DNA from: Octopus sinensis
Lineage: Eukaryota
DNA length: 63,176 nucleotides
Direction of reading: 5' to 3'
Assembly: GCF_006345805.1 (NCBI RefSeq)
Contig: NW_021831878.1
Span: forward strand, 1 to 63,176
In this document: one piece after another, positions 36,607 through 50,704 of the stretch
How the letters are laid out: each line of letters begins with the position of its first letter
Numbering within the stretch: position 1 is the first letter of the stretch
Program-made: the position numbers and the translations under genes
The notes under the pieces: generated by a model
The model's database searches: none
The model's input: the letters and a program-made list of their open reading frames with translations, nothing else
What the model was told of the DNA's origin: nothing

Positions 36607-37865
36607 ATATATATTATATAATTATAATAAGGGTTTTTGGCAATAAGTTGCTTAAACCACATACCGAAAATGTTAGAAAAAGAAGTCAAAGGCCTACCAT
36701 TTCTATTACAGCAATGGTAGAATGGTAGCCCTTTGACTGCTATTTCTAATATGTTCGGTATGTTGTTTAATCAAATTGTTGCAAAAACCCTCATTATAAT
36801 TGTTTAAATTTTTACCGTATATGGTCCTTTTCCATACCGAAATACTACTAGGTGAAATTTTATTGATTTTATTAAATTAATTATATTTACACATTTTCTG
36901 TATATATGTATATATATATATTACAGTGTCTGTGTGGGAAAACACTTGCTTCTTACCACAAGGTATTCTGTTCATTCCCACTGCGTAGAAAATTGGACGA
37001 ATGCCTACCACTATAACCTCGAGCTGACCAGAGCCATGTCAGTAGATTTGGTAGATTGAGACTGAAATAAGGGTGCTAAACACACACACACACACACACA
37101 CAAACACACGGATGTGTATGTATGTATGTATATATGTATTATGTATGTGTCTGTGATTGTCGCACCACTATCGCTTCTCAACTGATATCGGTGTGTTTAC
37201 GTCCCCGTTACATAGCGGTTCGGCTAGAGATATCGATAGAATGAGCACTAGGCTTACAAAGAATAATTGCCAAAGTCGATTTGTCCTACTAAACGCAGTG
37301 CTCTAGCATGGCCGCAGTCAAATTACTGAAACGGGTAAAAGAATGTATTTATATACAACAACACACCACACACACACACCACACACACACCACACACACA
37401 CACATACATATATACGTATCTATAGATAAATAGAGAGAAGGAGAGATAGATACGCACACGCATATATTTGTTTGTATGTATATATATCTATATATGTTCA
37501 CGCACTATTATATTCATATATATGTATATTATATATACATATATATGTATATTATATATACAAATATGTACATGTATATATATGTATGTTTAGGTGTGTG
37601 CGCCTGTGTGTTCGTGTGTGATCTTATGTGTGTGTGTGTGCGCTCTATAGGAACATATGTACGTGATTCAGGCATACATCCTTACATCCATCTATCCATC
37701 CGTACGTACATACATCCATATATTCATACATACATACGTTGAGGCATACATACATACATACATGCATCCACATATTAATACATACATACGTAAATGCATA
37801 CATACATACATGCATATATAAATACATAAACACATACATATATTAACAAAAAATCCATGTCTTAC

Positions 37866-38009
37866 CGTTTTCGATTTCTCTTCCATTTTTCCTATTCTTG
37901 AATCTTGATGAAGAATCACGATCGTCAGAACGAGAAGAACCCCAAAAGCTATGAGAGAAGAAATGGAATAACGCTGCGAAATATTCCTGAACTGTTTTGC
38001 GAAATCCAT
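37866..38009 (-). CDS. Copy 3 coding exon 1, intact (MDFAKQFRNISQ...MEEKSKT)
   Basis: 144 nt, ATG start, GTAAGA donor. Confidence 0.87.
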
Positions 38010-39110
38010 TCTGGTGACAGTTGTCGGTTGTAAGTGATACTTCGTGTGGCTTCAACAAAAGATCGAGATGCGAGGTTTAAGCTGAAGACCTGTAACTGAA
38101 TTCCACGTATTTATTGAGCGCACAACAACCCAGCTCTGGCATAGATCTTATCGTAAATTTATGAACCAATGCGATTGGTGGAACTGTAAAAGCGGGTGTG
38201 AACTTGTCTGACAGGTTTAATTATTGGAAAGAGATGGTTTGATATAGTCACACAATAATTAGCAAAATATTTTGATGAATGAGAGACACGTTTAAGGTGA
38301 AATGATTCCTGTTTCTGGATATATTATGATATATTTATTTACTAATGTTGTTATTTAATCTTATTTGTTATTCTTGGGAAACTGTTTTAATATTCAGTGT
38401 GGGAAGTATTTCGTTCAACCAATGAATACACAGACACAAAGACACACACACACACACACACACACACACTCCCACACGCACACGCACACAATACATACAC
38501 ACACACAAACACACACACACACACACTGACACACACACACACTCACACACTGACACACACACACACACACAGACAGACATACACACGCACACACTGACAT
38601 ACATACACAGACACACACTGACACACACACACACACCGACACACACACAAATACAAACACACATACACACTGACACACACACACACACACACTCTCACAC
38701 CACTGACACACACACACTGACATACACACACATACACTGACACACACACACACTGACATACACACCACACACACTGACACATACACACACACACTGACAC
38801 ACACACACGCACACACACACTGACACACATACAACACTGACATACACACACGCACACTCACGAGACACACACACACACACACACTGACATACTCATACAC
38901 ACATACACACATTAACACACCACACACATTCACACAACCACATTCACACACACAACATACACTGACGCACACACACACATACACACTGATACACACACAC
39001 ACACACCCTGACACACACAAAGACACACACTGACCCACACACCGTGACTCACACACACTGACACACACACACGCTGAGGCACACACACACATACACACAC
39101 ACGGACACAT

Positions 39111-39182
<72 letters not shown>

Positions 39183-40863
39183 ACAAAAATGCGGGGAAAA
39201 TGCAGGCTCGTACGAGCGACCGCAGTTACTGTGGGGGCACAAGGTTGAGGTCAACTCCTCTAGCGAAGTATTTATCAAACAGAAATACCGAAGGGAGGTA
39301 ACTCACGACAGACTCCAGCCTGGCGCTCTAATGGCGTCACTTACTCGTTGTTGTTGACTATGTTTAAGTTAAAGCTATGGCTTTAAGTTTGTCCAGATAT
39401 TCCCCACTTCGGTATTTTATTTTGATAACGGCTGAACTGGAACCCGATAGGGAGCAGCACTGGACTGACATGCTGTTTTTGCAACTTTTTGCACTGAATT
39501 TGCCTTTAGAGTTTGAATTATGCCATTATCACATTTTAACGAACCTAAAAATTGCTTATGCCTAATACTGAGCGCTAATACTGTTCACTGGGGACGCCAT
39601 GTTGAATGTTTTCCATATATTCATTTGTCAATTTGCATTTCGTGCTTTCATATTACTTAATTATTATTCTTTTTCTCTAGCTTTTTCACAATCGAGCATT
39701 CTTATGGCACGCAATTAATCGGACAAAAAACGTGCTGCCACCCACAGATCCCTCTTTCCACGGACCTTCGTTTATCTGGCAGCCATTCTACAAACTCCCA
39801 CATACAAGGAGCAATCATGCTGGGTATAGTGTGAAAGACTCACCATGTTGCACTGATTCCACCTAATGCATATTTTATAAGTGGTGTTCCTTTCCTTACT
39901 AAGTCATTTATGTGTGTTACAGTTATTGTATGCATGTATCTCGAAGCAAGTTCCTCTTCTGCGAGTTTGATAGTTTTATGTTACAGACGGAGATAATTTG
40001 TTGAACTTGATGTTTTGTGGTGTTGCTGTAGATTCGGTTGATGCTGTTCCTGAGGTGTACTCATATTTCTTGGTGGTTTCATGTTTTATTTTGGCACATC
40101 AGTGTTCAGGGAACGATGAGAGGCTGCGTGTGTAATGTGACGCTAGGCTGTGTGTGTGATTTTTGTAGAAAAGCGGGAATATGTGAATGTAGGTTGAAAA
40201 TAGTTCATCGTGGGACGTGTACTTGTACCCTTGTCGAAAGTGTTTCTTGAAAACTTCAATGTTTTAGTAACCTGACAAGTAGTTAGGTAGTCAACATTTT
40301 GTGGTATTTCTTCAGTGGATATCAAATATCCTTTATTAGGTAATATCCGCCATTGGATTGCAGAGCTTTCATCGCATCGATTGTAGTTACAATGATACGT
40401 ATGGGAGTATTTTTTTTATTAAACCCTCATGATTTAGTGACGTTAGTTATTAGCTTTTATCGTGTTTTCTGAAGATTGATCATGAAAGGGTGATATATTT
40501 GTACGGAGGTGCTTCTTTTGGGGATTGGTTTCATTTTAAGACGGAATACAACACACATTTAAACGAATCATCATTTTATTTCAACATTTAAATTTGATAA
40601 ACTGAACCTCATACAAAGTATTCTAGAATCATTCCCCGAGGATTATATCGTTCTGTTAAGCTATTTGTCACATTCTATGACGTCTCTGTTGTTTCGTTTT
40701 GAATATTTTCTGAAAACTTGTAGCAGCAATTTATTTAACGACATATATTACTTGGATAAAATATTGCGAAACACAATTACAAGAAACGTATATGTTGCTT
40801 TATTATATTATAATTTATGATTCGCCGACATAAATTTTCATATAGAACGAATGTAAATTCGAT

Positions 40864-41362
40864 TCAATATTGACTGCACACAACGCAGGTTAATTCTCGA
40901 CCATTGACATACGGTGGACATGGCAATGAACCACAAGCAGCCTGAACAAAATATAATAAAACTCCATTTTCGTCTCTGTAACCTGCTGGATCAGCTTCTG
41001 GTGCATAGTCCACACACACATATTCATGTCTGCCCTTATGACTATGACGCTCGGTCATCACATATCCTGAATACTCAGCTGTCCAACCGTCGTAACACTT
41101 TGTCCTGGCTGGTAACATCATAACAACAGCAGGTTGTCGTGTCAAACAGACAGCGCACGGAACGTTGTGTTGATGAATTGATTCAGCGTGAGCAAAAGAA
41201 AGATTTTATTAGTTGGGTAGGATTCCAGTTGATATTCACTGCCATAAATGTGACCACCTTTTTCATCTTCTGTCGTATAATTGGCCCAAATGGGATCGTT
41301 AGGTAGGCATAAGAGATTACTTCCGCCACCTGTCTGGTCATACTTTTGTCCACCAACCACAC
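40864..41362 (-). pseudogene. Copy 4 terminal NC1 exon; one missing A in a homopolymer near 41200
   Basis: ORFs 41142-41360 and 40864-41145 join into a full domain ending PPYVNGRELTCVVCSQY-stop if one base is restored; acceptor ccaattgtag. Confidence 0.87.
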
Positions 41363-41570
41363 CTACAATTGGTAAGAATATATCAAGTAAAAAAGATGTT
41401 AAGCAAACTTATATATGAAATAACGGAAACATTCATTACAATTTTTCATTTAAAAGGAGTCATGTTTACTCGCGTGTGAAGGAATTGTGGTGTATATGTT
41501 AGTGTTTATGTGAGTGCAAGCTGTGTGTTGAGGTATGTATGAGATCGTAGCTGTGCATTTGCCTTCTCAT

Positions 41571-41619
<49 letters not shown>

Positions 41620-43013
41620 CGTAATAAGCAACAAGGATATCTAGAGATAATGCGGTACGATTGTTTCATACAACTCCATTTATATATATATATATGTTTT
41701 GTGTATACGGGTACCTATTTGTGGTTACGACGTGGATTATGTGTATGCATGGGGTAGGTGTTTTTCGGTGGGTGTCACCAGATGGAGAAAAAGAAGATTT
41801 TTTAACGCATGCACACGTGTTTATCCGAAATGAAAAGATGTTCACGTGTGAACGGGGATATTTTGGGTGGTGGAAATTGTTGGTGGTTTGAGTAGGACAC
41901 TAGGGGAGACGACGAGATGCAGGCTTACATAGACGTTATGATCACACAGACTTTTTTCATGCAATACGCAGAAACGAGGTGGGAGGAAAAATTATAAGAT
42001 TCAGTGATGGCGTTGTGCTTAAGATGAATGGACGGCGGAGTGGGCTACCGATAAAGGATATGTGTAGGGTTTATAGAGAGCAGATTCAGAACATTTTTAG
42101 GAAATGTGAGGTTCATTGCCGAAGCGGGGTTTGTAGCATCAGTTTTGAATTGGAAGTTTCGGAATTACCTTACAAAGATATACTGGATAATTAATGAGGT
42201 GATGTGGTGCATGAAAAGAACAAGGTTTTAGCGATAGGATGATTTCGGTGAGGCGGAGAAGAATAGAAGTGCATTCTGTACTCTGTTCTCTCACTAATAT
42301 TTAGTCTCTCTCTATTTTACTTAATGAATACAGTCCTTAGCTTTTTCCATCAGTTACAATATGTGGCTTGTCCAGTCCTCATTCTACATTGTGCGTTCAT
42401 TCCAATAACCATTTACAGTCACTGTCATCAATTCTAAAAGACTCTTTTCAATTTAGCCCACACCTACGATCACTGGGCACTCTAGTTAATGATAGCCAAG
42501 TGGCCACTATTCAGCTCTGGTCACTCACGTACAGTACCACCATCCGTAGCCAGTACAATTGATCACCAGTTAGCAGCCTCGGTATTTGATATCTACAATC
42601 CAAAGCTGGTCAGCCTGAAATTCTTGATCGCCATGGTGGTTTTCAGTCCAGCCCCTGTCTCTAATTTAACGTAGAGATATCTATATTCTGTGGTTAGACA
42701 ACCTCCTTTTCACTTGTTCCGTAGTAGACAACATATATATTCTGATTTGACCAAATACCTACAAAGGAGTAAGCAGTTTTGTGTAGTGTCTGTATAGTCT
42801 ACAGGTATAGACGTTTGAAACGTGACATACCATAAGAGGATTTGAGAATGTATATGTCAAACAACCCGACAAAGGGTGAGTGTGTGTGCATGTGCGTGAG
42901 AGAGAGGGTGAGAGAGAAAGGGAGGCAACAAAAAGAGAGAATGAGAGGTATAAAAAGAGAACAAGAGAAAGACAAAAAAAGAATGAGAGTTGAGAAATAT
43001 AAAGTATACTAAC

Positions 43014-43086
43014 CGTCATATACAAGTTTGAATAAGGAGGACAAGTTGTTCTGCCCCACCGGTATACAATGATCCGAGACCGGGTT
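43014..43086 (-). pseudogene. Copy 4 exon 3 (73 nt, two homopolymer deletions)
   Basis: Splice sites intact; GG->G and GGG->GG relative to the other copies. Confidence 0.8.
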
Positions 43087-43589
43087 CTGCGAAATTAAAT
43101 GAAATAATGTAGTTTAAAAGAAAGAATTGGGGATCATTTACAAAGTAGGTTGTTGGAAGGGAAGGAATTGATGGAGAAGAGAAATATAGAATTAAGAAAG
43201 AACGAGTGAATGAATGAAAGTCAGAACGAAAGATGTAAATAATAAGAATAAATTGTAAAGAAAGAAAAAGACATTTGTCTGTTGAGCCTGTTGGTGACGT
43301 TGATGTCAAAGATTTCAGAGATTAATCGCAGAATATCAGAATGTGTATCGGTCTCCGCTATGAACGGATGTATGTATGATACGTAAACTTGGGTATGAGT
43401 ATATATACTTCTCAATAGAATAATGATAAAACTCAATAGAATAATGATAAAATATTCGCCAGGTGCGAATATTCATCGGTCAATTACCAATATCAGTTTG
43501 GAGCTCGGCGCAAATAAGGCCATCATAACTACAATATGAAATAACAACCATACCGCATCATTTGTCGATAAATGTATAGCACAACCCCA

Positions 43590-45510
43590 CCCAATACCGG
43601 TGCAACGAGCAAGAAGCCTGCAATTAATCTGGGGCGCGTGGTTTGAGAGCACAAAATTGACGGTCTCAGACAACAAAAGCAGATCAAGAAGGGAACAACC
43701 CTTAATAATTGAGAATTAAAAAGTCAAAATTGTTAGATATAATCTGCCTGTAAGATATGATCGGAGTCTCCTCTGCAAATTTCGTTTCTCGTTTCTCGAT
43801 AGCGGCTCTTGGATATAGGCTTGAAACTCCACTACGCAACTGTGGTGCCAACAATGTCGCAGAGGTGGGATTAGGATACACTCAATTCCCAGCATTCGGA
43901 TTGTTTTATGGAATGAAACTTACTAGGTGTGAGGGTTCACCTCTTGAAAATAAGTCTGAATATAAGGGCCACTTTGGCTGCTGTAAGTATATGCAGCAAA
44001 CAGCGAGCTCAATACGAATCCTTTCTTAGCAAATTCACACTCAGAATTAGATATATTTGGGGTAAAGTCATTTGTCCTGCCAGGAGACTTCAGTGCACAC
44101 CTTGGCACTGATAACCGTGAGAAGGTTTGATTGGAAGGAATGTCGTCAGTGAACTTAATGGAGAGGTCATAGCAGCCTTCAGTGCAGGATACACACTCTC
44201 CTCTCTCTGGTATAGATATTATTTGAAGACAGGGATATTTATAGGGTACCTTATATAGAAATACTTGGTGACAGAGGTTTGTGATAGATTTCGGTCATCT
44301 TTCACTCTTTGCTGAACGTTCGGTAAAAGGAAGTGGCGGAGTTGTCAACTCGTCACTACCTAAATGTCTAAAACCTGAATATTCCTACGGTCTGCCGAAC
44401 ACTGGAAATTGGTAAGTCCAGTGCAACCTACAGAATACAGTTGGAAGCCGCTGTGGATGCTGGGATCAGATATAAAATTGTGGAGACTTTTGCATCCAAA
44501 TTGAGAGTGACCCGCCTGAATGAAGTTGGACATCGAAATGGATTCGTGATTGTATTATTTTATTCGGCAGGTTCTTATTCGGTTGAACGCTTTTTTGAGC
44601 TAAACTCACTTAAAAGTGGTAAAGCTGCTGGTGAAAAGCACGCTCGGCTTGATATTTTAGAAACCTTAAATACAGATGGTATTCTCTGAGTGACCCATGT
44701 ATGCTAGGTGGATGGGACCTCTGGAAAACACACCAAGGCAATGGTAATATGGGGAGACAATCACAATTTTTTCAAACAGAGACCAAAGATTGTGTTCTAA
44801 TTATAGAAAAGTCTACACTAGATGTCAGGAAGAGATATGTAGGGAAATTGTTGTGCCCAAGATTACTGTCCGGGACGCAGTACACCCGACCAGAGAGTCG
44901 TTCAAAGACAGATCTTCCAGCAAACGTTGAAGCATTTCTAAGCTTTATACGCTGTAAACCACGGAAAGTCACGCAATCACGTGCCCTTGGGCAGGTTGTG
45001 GAATGTTTACCATGAAGGTGTGTTTAATGGGCAAATACTGGTTGCCCTAAAGCACTTATATGGATGTTCAAATGATTGTATTTATGTAAAAGTCGAAAGT
45101 TTTCAACGTGAAGGTTTCACTCAGTAAAAGTGTGCTTTGTTAGTGCACCTTCTCACATTCTTTTTTGTGATCTGGTTGAATATGCGCAGCCATTGTGGTA
45201 GAGGTATCCCAAATCATCTCTACGTGATCGGTCGACTGTTATTTGTAGACGACATGCTGCTACATGATTCGTCTGATGGTAACCAACAACATGCGCTGAA
45301 TGAGTTGGCTGCCGAGTACCCAAGGCAGGATTGACAAATACGCACTGTGTAGGAAAGTGGAACATCATTATTTCGGGTCTCTATTCACGAATGATTGGAA
45401 GCACAAGAGTGGACAGAATGCTGAATTGTAGATATAAACGCAGTGAAGCGCCAGCTCGGGCATTTGATTCTCAGATGAAGTGGGATTGGTACAATTCTCG
45501 ACGTATCTTT
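43590..45510 (+). mobile_element. Decayed RTE LINE, unit 4 copy
   Basis: Homologous to 13960-15870. Confidence 0.8.
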
Positions 45511-45743
45511 GCATATATACTCATATACACACAATAAATGGCATAGTGTATTAAAGTAACATTTTATTTAGGAAATTATTGTAAAGTAGAACATATTTTG
45601 AAATAAATGCAGGCAAGTGTCTTAGTATATACTATTTTGGACATGTGGATAGTAATGTGGAACTAATTCGAAGTTGGTAAAATTGTAAACCATTAGTTAA
45701 GGAGACATGGTTAAAAGACTTTAGCCATAAAATTAGTTCTTAC

Positions 45744-45793
45744 TTGGTGTCATCAGGTTTATCGTCGAGAGATTTCTTGGAGATGAAACGGTT
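45744..45793 (-). pseudogene. Copy 4 exon 2 (50 nt, one GT dinucleotide lost)
   Basis: Splice sites intact; ggtgtgtc -> ggtgtc. Confidence 0.78.
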
Positions 45794-48539
45794 CTGTGAA
45801 AAAATAGAAATAGCATCATATAAATAGAACTTCAGGGTATTTATAATCGTTTAGAACTTAAACAATGCAATAGATGACAACATATTCGGACAGGTATCAT
45901 TGACAACACTACCATCTCAACCCCCTTAGAAATCTTCTAGAAGGCGCTTCCATCAAGTCAAAGGATTTTTCTGAACAATATCAGACAATACAACTCTGCA
46001 TTTCAAATGACATCGTTTGGTGAATCTAAGAAGATAGATAAACATGAATTTACCCCGACGTCCAAAGTTCAAGGGCAAGTCTATCCCATTATTGGTTCCC
46101 TGGTACTCTCGAATGAACAACCACAGTTCCTCCAAATTTACTCTATGAGTGAGTAGGACAACAAACCCGACGTGAGGTGTCAAAATTTCCGATGATGGGT
46201 CGTGTTAGACACAGCGCACACTGCTGCAAAGGAGAGTATATCCACTGACAGCTTTTCGGTGCATTCTAAATCACAGAAACCCCAGTTTATATAGTTAAAT
46301 TTAATCCAAACAAAAAAGCACAAAGAAACACATCAACGCGTGGACGTGAAACAAACATAGTATTATTGGACGCCAGGAAAGAAAGAAAGGAGGGTTTAAC
46401 TTTTCAGGTGGAGCTCTTCGTCGGAAACATACGAGATGGAAAGATCCAGAGGAGGGAAGACAGAGGAAAAAATCGCCAACGGTACACACGCGCACACATT
46501 TTGAATGACCGGAAGGAAATGGGTGAAGAAAGTTCTTTCAAAGACAGGAGATTGGTGGAGGAAGAAGTATATGTGTGTAAGTGTGGATAAGAGCGTGTGC
46601 GGAGGTCTGTGTGTGCGTGTGTGTGTCTGTGTGTATGTGTGCAATAATGACACGTATGTGTGTGTATGTGTGTGTGGTTGTGGCTGTTAATCTTTGCGTG
46701 TTGTAGGGTTAGTAGTGTTAAGGTCAAGGAAGAAGGAATTGGGCGTGGCTCCTTTTGTCTCTACCCCAGGTCAAGTAGTAGGTACTGCTAGTTTGATGTA
46801 TGTCTGTGTGTGCGTGTATGTATATGTATCGTGTGTGTGTATTGTTTGTAGTGTGTGTGTGTGCATGTGTGTGTGTTCGTGTGTGTAGGCGTAGAGTTAG
46901 GGTGTGTGGCGAATAACTGTGCGTCTGTGTGTGTACATGTATTTATAATTGTGCGCGTGTATGTATTATTGTGTACCGTGTGTATGCGACGTATGTGTGG
47001 GTTCATTTTGTGTGTGTGTGTATGTATGTGCGTGCGTCTCGTATGTGCGTGTGTGCATGTACGTGTACGTTTGTATGTGTGTGTTGTAAGCGTATATGGT
47101 GTATATGCGTGTATCCGTGGGGTTGTGAGTTTCGGTGTGTGCATTAATGTGCGTGTGTACGTGCGTATGTGTGCGCATTTTTTTGCGTGCGTGTGTGTGT
47201 TGTCTGTGTCTATATGTGTATACGGATGTGTGTGTGCGTGTAGGCATATGTTGTGTGTATGTATATGTATCGGTGTGTATGTGAATTTGTACATGCGTGT
47301 GTGTTTTGGGTTTTTCTGGAGTTGTGTGGGAGTAAATGTGCGTGCGTGTGTGCGCTTAAGTACGCGTATGTGCGTGTGTGTCTGTTGCCCATGTGTGTAT
47401 AAGTGTGTGCGTATCTGTATGTATTGTTCGTTAAAGGTATATGTGGACATCTGTGCTGGTGTGTGTGTATGTACGTGTGTATGTAGTGTGTGTGTATATG
47501 TGTGCTTATGATGCATATGTCTCCGTGATCACCGTCACAGACCAGTTGTTGCTACATATCGCTGCTCACAATGCGCGTCGCGTTGTTTTAGCCTTCAAAT
47601 GACGCCACCCCCGCGGTTAAGCGAGCAGGCCAACAGAAGAAAGGGAGAAAGTTAGCGAAAGATTACAGCAGAGATCACAACAAACCCACTCCCTGAGCCT
47701 CGTGGAGCATTAAACACTCACAACGCCCAGTCTGGGAATCGAAAACCGCTATCCGACAACCATGAGTCCGCTGCCCTAACCACTGGGCCACTGCGCCTCC
47801 ACCCACAGCCACACACACACACACACATCACACATATATAAATACATATCGATATATACGCATGCACGTATACTTAAGCATACACACCATAAATATCACA
47901 AATATACGTATCTACTTATACGCATACACACACACAAACGCACACATATATGTGAGTGGACATACACTGTATAGTGTGATTGTTCGTGTACAATTGAGCA
48001 CGTGTGTCTGTGTGCGTGCGTATGTGTGTGTGTTTGTGTTTATTTGTGCGTGTGTTTGTCCGTGTGTCTGTGTGTATGTATTTACATTCGTTCTTACATA
48101 TTGTCATATATAAAAACCAACGAGAATGACAGTCAAACATTACGAAATTCACCGATCTACATTGGCACTCGCACGTTATATTTTCAGTTGGAAAGAAAAG
48201 ATTAAAAAAAACTCGCCTCACTTCCGTTCTTGATGGAGAGAAATAGATAAATGTGTGTAAATATGTACGTATTCCGATGTGAGCGTGTGTGTGTGTGTTT
48301 ATATGTGTCAGTTTCTGTGCGTGTGTGCAAGTGTACATCTAGATATAATACTTAACGCTAATATTAATAGGGCTAAACGTTGCAGCGACAGGGCATGGCC
48401 ATGCTAGAACCCCACCATTAGATTTTTTTCATTACGCACTTATTTCCCTCTCCAGGATTATGTCTGGTGAAAGAGCGATCGGACAGGAGTACAATTCCAC
48501 CCTTCTTTGTGTTTCCTTGGGATGTGTGTATATGTAAAT

Positions 48540-48570
<31 letters not shown>

Positions 48571-48590
48571 CATATACATAAATATATATA

Positions 48591-48748
<158 letters not shown>

Positions 48749-48950
48749 TGTTTCTTTATTAGCCACACAGGGCTGCACACAGATAGAACAAATTACAAGG
48801 TAGAGCTTTTCTTTTGAAGGTTTAAAAAAAAAAAAAAAAAAAAAAGGAAGGGGGAGTTTCGATCAGAGGGATCGTACAAGGAGAGAAAGAGGACAAAAAA
48901 AAGGGGGGTTTAAAAAAAAAAAAAAAAGGGGGAGAGGAAAAAAAAAAATT
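48749..48950 (-). mobile_element. Short 3'-end fragment of a probable non-LTR retrotransposon inserted in (GATA)n, unit 4 only
   Basis: Minus strand ends aagaaaagctctaccttgtaatttgttctatctgtgtgcagccctgtgtggctAATAAAgaaac and runs directly into (ATCT)n; (GATA) flanks both sides; absent in units 1-3. Confidence 0.6.
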
Positions 48951-49123
48951 GATAGATAGATATGTAATGTATATACATTCGTAACTATATATGTGTGTAT
49001 AAATATATGATATGTATATATATATATATATGTGAGTGTGTGTGTGTGTGTGTGGAGGTACAATGGCCCAGTGGTCGTAGGATCGCGCTTTCGATTCCCA
49101 GACCGAGCGGTGATATATGTATC

Positions 49124-49154
<31 letters not shown>

Positions 49155-49333
49155 TACAGTGTCTGTGTAGTAAGGCACTTGCTTCTTAACCACAAGGTAT
49201 TCAGTTCAGTCCCACTGCGTAGAAAATTGGACGAATGCCTACCACTATAACCTCGAGCTGACCAGAGCCATGTCAGTAGATTTGGTAGATTGAGACTGAA
49301 AGAAGGGTGCTATACACACACACACACTCACAC

Positions 49334-49364
<31 letters not shown>

Positions 49365-50097
49365 TGCGTGTATGTATGTATCTATGTATTATGTATGTGT
49401 CAGTGATTGTCGCACCACAATCGCTTCTCAACAGATGCCGTTGTGTTTACGTCCCCGTTACATAGCGGTTCGGCTAGAGGTACCGATAGAATGAGCACTA
49501 GGCTTACAAAGAATAATTCCCGAAGTCGATTTGTCCTACTAAACGCAGTGCCCTAGCATGCCCGCAGTCAAATGACTGAAGCGAGGAAATGGATATATTT
49601 ATACATAAACACACACACACACATATATATATATAAATATATATATATAGAGAGAGAGAGTGAGAGATAGACAGAGAGATACAAAGATAGATACACACAC
49701 GCCCTATATATGTTTGTATATATATATATATATCTATATATGTACGCGCACTAATATATTCATATTATGTATATTTATATATATATATATATATATATGT
49801 ATATTATACATACAAAAAATATGGTATATTTATTGATATGTAATATACACATATGTGTTCGTTAGGTGTGTTAGCCTGTGTGTTCGTGTGTGATTACGTG
49901 TGTGATGGATCTTATGTGTGTGTGTGCTCCATAGGAACATATATACTTGGTTCAGGCATACATCCTTACATCCATCCATCCATCGGTACGTACATAGATC
50001 CACATATTAATACATACATACGTAAATGCATACATACATACATGCATATATAATACATAAAGACATAATTATATTAACACACAAATCCATGACTTAC

Positions 50098-50238
50098 CGT
50101 TTCGATTTCTCTTCCATTTTTCCTATTCTTGAATCTTGATGAAGAATCACGATCGTCAGAACGAGAAGAACCCCAAAAGCTATGAGAGAAGAAATGGAAT
50201 AACGCTGCGAAATATTCCTGGACATGTGCGAAATCCAT
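50098..50238 (-). pseudogene. Copy 4 exon 1 (141 nt; -2 and -1 deletions)
   Basis: ATG and GTAAGT donor intact; the hydrophobic anchor is readable in ORF 50094-50351. Confidence 0.78.
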
Positions 50239-50668
50239 TCTGGTGACAGTTGTCGGTCGTACGTGATACTTCGTGTGGCTTCAACAAAAGATCGAGATGC
50301 GAGGTTTAGCTGAAGACCTGTAACTGAATTCCACGTATTTATTGAGCGCACAACAACCCAGCTCTGGCATAGATCTTATCGTAAATTTATGAACCAATGC
50401 GATTGGTGGAACTGTAAAAGCGGGTGTGAATTTATCTGACAGGTTTAATTATTGGAAAGAAATGGTTTGATATTGTCACACAATAATTAGCAAAATATTT
50501 TGATGAATGAGAGACACGTGTAAAGTGAAATGATTCCTGTTTCTGGATATATTATGATATATTTATTTACTAATGTTGTTATTTAATTTTATTTGTTATT
50601 CTTGGGAAACTGTTTTAATATTCAGTGTGGGAAGTATTTCGTTCAACCGACAAATACACAGACACAAA

Positions 50669-50704
<36 letters not shown>

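Larger units (their letters stand above)
25577..38009 (-). other. Gene copy 3 (exons 1-3 intact; exon 4 has two late indels as assembled)
   Basis: Exons 37866-38009, 33098-33149, 30287-30361 and 25577-26070. Confidence 0.88.

Noticed and set aside
40225-40315. CTGAAGA...GAAAC spacing on the minus strand of the A spacer
   Set aside because: No stem I or III pairing, and the core is CTGAAGT in unit 1; not a credible hammerhead.
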